Below are positions 60,401 through 64,000 of a stretch of DNA of 64,000 nucleotides, in pieces. Source of the DNA: Azolla caroliniana (lineage: Eukaryota; Plantae; Polypodiophyta); the NCBI GenBank assembly GCA_043228905.1, contig JBHGNT010000008.1:14012001-14076000 (forward strand), written 5' to 3'. Both the position numbers and the translations under genes were made by a program. Every line of letters begins with the position of its first letter. Within the stretch, counting starts at the first letter, position 1. The notes beneath the pieces are model-generated. The model saw only the letters and a list, made by a program, of their open reading frames with translations, was not told the DNA's origin and ran no database searches.

Positions 60401-62242
60401 TCGTGGTTGGAATGTACATCAATTGAACATTGAAACAGCATTTCTAAATGGTGATCTTCATGAGGAAGTGTATGTATCTCAGCCCCGTGGTTTTGTGCAA
60501 AAAGGGCATGAACACAAAGTGTGCAGGTTGAGAAAGGCATTATATGGCTTGAAGCAAGCACAACGTTCTTGGTATGAAAAGATATCAACCTATTTGATTG
60601 CATCTGGGTTTGAGAATAATCCAACTGAAAGCACCTTATATGTTATGCGTGATGATGATGTATTTCTGATCATGGTTGTGTATGTCGATGATATATTGCT
60701 CACTGGTCCCACTGAGAAGCACATTGCTGACTTTAAGCCTGATTTGCATGCCTCTTTTGAGATGTCAGATTTGGGGCATTTGCATCATTATTTGGGCATT
60801 CAATTTATGCAAGTTGATGGTGGAATAGCTTTGTGTCAATCGAAATACATTGACACATTATTGCAGCGTTTTGGCCTTGAAGACTGTAAACCTATTGCCA
60901 CTCCCATGGAGACAGGTTTATGTTTGAGCCTTCATGATGCCGGAGATGCATTTGATGTTATTCTCTATCAGCAAGCAGTTGGATGCTTGATTTACTTATG
61001 CATAACCCGACCTGATATTCAGTTTGCTGTCTCTCAGATGAGCAAGTTTATGCATTTCCCAGGAGTTAACCATTGGCAAGCAGTTAAGCGGATCTTTCGC
61101 TACTTGAGTGGTACCCAGTCATTTGGTTTGTTTTATCCCAAGAACAAGAACCCAACACATCAGCGCCCCATGATATAATCCAACCAGAGATGGGCGCAGC
61201 CCCTATAATCATCGAGGCATTACTTGATCAATGACCCATATCCAATGGCATTGATAGCTAGCTCCCAAAAACGAGACAACAATTAAGATGTTTCGTATTA
61301 AAGTCTATTTTGGCCTCGTAAAATATGTTAATATATCTTTCTTTCTTTTCGTTATTTTCTTTCTTTTCATTATTTTCTTTCGTTTCTTTCTTTCTCTTTG
61401 CCTGTTGTCTTTGTGGTTTATAAGACAACAGCATGATAGTCATAAAATTGAAGGAACCCAAGTTCAATTTTTTCCATCAGCTCGGCACCATCTCATAGAT
61501 CATATTCCCTCTACAATAGGAATTGGTAATACAAAGAGAACTCAATGTGTGATTGCAATTGAGCTTCAAGAATCTTTTTTAGTGTCTACAAGTACTCACA
61601 TCATTTTGTAGTTCATAGGTCAATTCACAAAGCTTTGATGAGATAACATATGTAGTTTATAGGTCGCTAAGGTCAGTTTGTCCTCTTTAGAGAGGTGAAT
61701 ATAACCTTTCTCTGTCTTTCAACGGTGCCTATACAAACCTAGTTGACCGAATCATCATGCTGGATGGTCCTCAACAAAATTTAATGCATGGGCCTTTGCA
61801 CTGTAAACGGGAATGGAACATCGTTGTACATCACCAAGCACATTCAACCATTGGTCTTATTATAGAGGATATTCATGTTATTCTAGAGAGACGGATACAG
61901 GATATCATGAGATGAGATCCCCTCTATCGTTATATGTGTAACAGCACTATCAGCTTGGCACCATCTCATAGATCATATTCCCTCTACAATAGGAATTGGT
62001 AATACAAAGAGGCGCAATAGTATGTCACCATCATCTCTCTCGAACAGGAAACCATTTTTGAGAGAGAGAGAGAGAGAGAGAGGTTTGTTTACCTTGACAA
62101 AATCGTATTTGGAGGATGTATGTCTAGAGTGAGGTGGATGAGATGTTTCCTCATCTCTCGTCTTCGTCGTCTCCGCGACTAGCTTCAGATTGTGATGATG
62201 CTTCTCTTGTTCGGTGAGGGTCAGGTGACCTAAGCTCTCCAT
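39396..62242 (-). CDS. Host gene: 2-phosphoglycerate-kinase-like P-loop NTPase (AT5G61450-like), 14 coding exons, ~495 aa
   Basis: Exons joined by hand, all GT-AG and frame-consistent: 62242-62093, 55696-55613, 55517-55444, 55361-55328, 55250-55192, 55089-54975, 53976-53939, 52420-52323, 52240-52185, 51452-50928, 50858-50802, 40371-40303, 39760-39686, 39449-39396 (TGA). Translation includes SSKYDFVKVRVWLGENADHYYVLSRFLLSRMLTVTKIPNHVAIKISLELKKLLIDNSLLDV, Walker A GTACVGKST and GKPIIIEGIHLDPSIYL, matching my recollection of this conserved plant family. Confidence 0.9.
39686..39760 (-). CDS. P-loop NTPase exon 13 (GIIVKNISATTFPQTLDSLHSYLLQ)
   Basis: TTAG| acceptor, |GTAGAA donor. Confidence 0.88.
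40303..40371 (-). CDS. P-loop NTPase exon 12 (AEKEAIISRLMTIQDYLCSFKGQ)
   Basis: TTTCAG| acceptor, |GTTTGT donor, IQDYLCSF motif. Confidence 0.87.
40600..42780 (-). mobile_element. Highly decayed LINE remnant; boundaries approximate
   Basis: Reverse-strand RT remnant ITSTIGVKHGC near 41720-41765. Confidence 0.5.
42850..47670 (-). mobile_element. Near-full-length decayed LINE (RTEX-like: ORF1, APE-RT ORF2, Cys/His domain, (CTTT)n tail) in intron 11
   Basis: ORF1 ~47449-46766 (IYLDDDLT). APE motifs IWNCNG, GSGGV, LGDFNART, TIDY. RT motifs FVDFRKAFD, GVKQGCPLS, LLYAND. C-terminal CHQGVESKEHYVCHC. Tail at ~42852-42876. Confidence 0.88.
47672..48055 (-). mobile_element. Older 3'-end fragment of the LINE family
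   Basis: Diverged homology to 42880-43290. Confidence 0.75.
48056..50076 (-). mobile_element. 5'-truncated copy of the same LINE family
   Basis: RT GVKQGCPLSPTLF and LLYADDIVL, same 3' UTR and (CTTT)n tail. Confidence 0.9.
50802..50858 (-). CDS. P-loop NTPase exon 11 (TLLEEWVVCRSNKGAFIEE)
   Basis: CAG| acceptor, |GTATGA donor. Confidence 0.85.
50928..51452 (-). CDS. P-loop NTPase exon 10 (GIHLDPSIYLMDEE...IIIPIVLKMDEFDHK), possibly split by a 66-nt in-frame intron
   Basis: Lies within ORF 50904..51476; CAG| acceptor, |GTACTG donor. Confidence 0.82.
52185..52240 (-). CDS. P-loop NTPase exon 9 (GLHGDLKKAMKDGKPIIIE)
   Basis: CAG| acceptor, |GTCTGT donor, Walker-B-like IIIE. Confidence 0.9.
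52323..52420 (-). CDS. P-loop NTPase exon 8 (APLPSTPVWERDFSSQEELVTEFARECRILRK)
   Basis: TAG| acceptor, |GTATAA donor. Confidence 0.9.
53939..53976 (-). CDS. P-loop NTPase exon 7 (TDMVYELIRTSTD)
   Basis: GCAG| acceptor, |GTATGT donor. Confidence 0.88.
54975..55089 (-). CDS. P-loop NTPase exon 6 with Walker A (FHHQRVPLVILVCGTACVGKSTVATQLAQRLNLPNVLQ)
   Basis: CAG| acceptor, |GTAGGC donor, GxxxxGKST motif. Confidence 0.93.
55192..55250 (-). CDS. P-loop NTPase exon 5 (LMERRGYGEEYINRYKMMTR)
   Basis: AAG| acceptor, |GTTTGT donor. Confidence 0.9.
55328..55361 (-). CDS. P-loop NTPase exon 4 (SQTDLEANLFK)
   Basis: TAG| acceptor, |GTAAGA donor, 34 nt. Confidence 0.88.
55444..55517 (-). CDS. P-loop NTPase exon 3 (IPNHVAIKISLELKKLLIDNSLLDV)
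   Basis: CAG| acceptor, |GTATGT donor. Confidence 0.92.
55613..55696 (-). CDS. P-loop NTPase exon 2 (VRVWLGENADHYYVLSRFLLSRMLTVTK)
   Basis: GCAG| acceptor, |GTATAC donor, 28 codons. Confidence 0.92.
56273..56938 (-). mobile_element. Two tandem ~320-bp LINE 3'-end copies (56273-56590, 56614-56938) joined by (AG)n
   Basis: Each has the (CTTT)n tail and a 3' UTR matching 42850-43175. Confidence 0.88.
57170..57740 (-). mobile_element. Copia gag remnant
   Basis: KAIFLLCTLPKSW resembles the D-family AIILMCTLPESW. Confidence 0.6.
57743..61140 (+). mobile_element. Decayed Ty1/Copia in intron 1 (partial LTR, gag-PR-IN-RT, 3'-truncated)
   Basis: WYFDNCAT, LRSDRGGEY, KARLV, VYVDDILL, TRPDIQFAV; stops and frameshifts; ends abruptly in LINE sequence. 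Confidence 0.88.
61141..61400 (+). mobile_element. Internally deleted LINE fragment (plus orientation)
   Basis: Encodes PHDIIQPEMGAAPII (compare PHDIIRAEMGPAPII at ~44100), followed by a 3' UTR-like segment and TTTC tail. Confidence 0.65.
62093..62242 (-). CDS. P-loop NTPase exon 1 (MESLGH...SSKYDFVK)
   Basis: ATG at 62242, 50 codons, donor AAG|GTAAAC. The start codon is less certain because in-frame upstream ATGs exist. Confidence 0.8.
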
Positions 62243-62277
62243 ATCCCACAAGTCTCCACAACAGACATGAACGACAG

Positions 62278-62320
62278 ATGAAGACGAAGACGAAGACGAA
62301 GACGAAGACGAAGACGAAGA
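62278..62320. repeat. (GAAGAC)n hexamer repeat just upstream of exon 1
   Basis: About 6.5 units. Confidence 0.9.
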
Positions 62321-63961
62321 ATGGAGAGAAGGGGGGAGAGGAGGCCAAAGGCAATAATGAATGCTCATCCATTCATTCTTATTCATTTATGGAGGTGTCC
62401 GGGGGCTCCAATGTGAAAGGTGTGAACTGCCTTACCATGTGTGGAAGCACGTGGTGTAGAAGAGGATGTCATCTACATATATATTTGGAAGATGCCTGCT
62501 TGGATTAAATCGGAGAAGCTGGAGTTGGCCATTTGATAGGCCGAATGGAAATCCACCAAAACTGGATTAATCCTCGGTGATTGTGGAAGGCCATTTTATG
62601 TGCACCTTTCAAACCCAACAGTATCTGCCAATATCTGAAATCTAGGCCACGGGACATGAAGTATTGTGACTTGCCTGGTTTTTCTGGCATGTCATCGACT
62701 CAAGGGGCGCGGATACAGGTCATGTGTCGTCGCCTTATTTAAACGACGAAACTCGATGCAAATTTTGAATGTACCCTTGTCCATTCTAACTATGTGCGGT
62801 TCAGAAATCCAATCATTGTTGGAGGGTTTGGCGATGCCTTTGTCCAACATTTCTTTAACTACCTTGTCGATTTGAATGCAATGGAGGTGGGATTAGTAGT
62901 GAGTTGGCCATGCAGAATAGAGATGTATCACCAGGGTTGATGTTGTCTTGGATGGGGAACGTGATTGTGGATGTTTTATCCATGGGCTGAAATAACAGAT
63001 TGGAATTGGGAGAACAATGAACGAATAACATGGAGGTATGTTTGCTTGCTAATGACAACCACTTGTGTGTGACTAATCTATTGTGGAGTTGTGCAATTGA
63101 TGAGTAGTGGAATAAGTAATGTCATAGGGAGGATGAGTTTATTGGAATCAAACTGAAGTTATGCACGACTGTATATGAACCTATCACAACCAAATGTAAG
63201 AAGAATAACTAGTTGGAGAGGAAATAGAATGAGAAGGAGACCTTGTGTGTGCCTAATGAAAAATTGCAGGGAGCCTTGGTGTGGGAGTGATATAAACAAC
63301 GATGGTTTCTGAACACGATTCTAATCAATAGGTTGAAAAGTTGCAAGCCCTTTGAATGTTGATTTTGGAGAAGATCCTCCTAGTCCGAAGTTGATTGAGA
63401 AGTTCTTGAATAAAATCATAAGGTATATCGATTACAGATGGTTAGACAGTTTAGATTGCCATAATCTACACACATTCACAATGATTCATCTTTCTTCTTA
63501 ACAAAAAGGATGTGGCCCCATAGGAGACTGTGAATGGTAGATGAAACCTTTTTCAAGATTCTCATTGATGTAATCGTAAAGGACCTTACCCTCAGGTTTA
63601 GATAACTCATGGATTAGAACAAAAGGAGGAGAAGCACCATCTTGAAGATCAATCATATTGTTGAGAATCAAGCTCAACTTGGTCTAGTGTGTGAACTTAC
63701 CTTGAGAGTGAATAGACACTCCAACGGTCAAGAGTCACCATTAAGTCACCACTTTGTATTCTAACATTTAGTATGAGTCATAGAATCATATTCTATGACA
63801 CATAACTTATGAGCTTTCACATTCCCCATGCTCCATGAGTCTTGTAGTTAATGAAGAGAGAGGGTGACTATATAAAGCACCCTCCTCCCTCTTTGTAAAG
63901 TGTTGAGTTTTTCTCCTTTGTTAATATACTCTTACCTTGCGTATTCTCTGTGTCTTATTCC

Positions 63962-64000
63962 TTGTCTCACTCACTCACTCACTCACTCTCTCTCTCTCTC
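63962..64000. repeat. (TCAC)n(TC)n simple repeat, possibly within an LTR running off the window
   Basis: Visible directly; TATATAAAG upstream at ~63869. Confidence 0.7.

Noticed and set aside
59823-61178. 451-aa RT ORF as a domesticated gene
   Set aside because: Motifs are degraded (QLNIETAFL), RNase H is missing, it is truncated by a LINE fragment, and flanking domains carry stops.
62151-62508. ORFs with KTKTKT or FVFVFV runs
   Set aside because: They are alternative readings of the hexamer microsatellite.
62450-63690. Possible decayed LINE upstream of the gene
   Set aside because: No intact diagnostic motif could be read confidently.

Overview
Eukaryotic, land-plant-type genomic DNA (a seed-free plant such as a fern is my guess from the retroelement types and long TE-filled introns; not verified). 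Bases 1-~33,100 are one deeply nested block of LTR retrotransposons. It holds two young, near-intact, oppositely oriented Ty1/Copia copies (15895-21369 + and 23576-29040 -, both with perfect 5-bp TSDs). These sit inside a deleted Gypsy-like element, inside a deleted Copia, inside an older Gypsy. To the left is a chain of five further nested elements and two solo LTRs. Bases ~33,100-39,300 are AT-rich, mostly unresolved decayed sequence. Bases 39,396-62,242 (- strand) hold one complete host gene: 14 GT-AG coding exons encoding a ~495-aa 2-phosphoglycerate-kinase-like P-loop NTPase (similar to Arabidopsis AT5G61450 as I recall it). Its introns are filled with head-to-tail RTEX-like LINEs carrying (CTTT)n tails and with Copia fragments. 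I found no rRNA, tRNA gene or CRISPR array, and no clearly new biological system. The best leads are a pair of Copia copies with complementary lesions arranged as a large inverted repeat, a Gypsy lineage apparently primed by tRNA-Trp, and apparent tail-to-head LINE array building inside host introns. All coordinates were read by hand, with no database searches.
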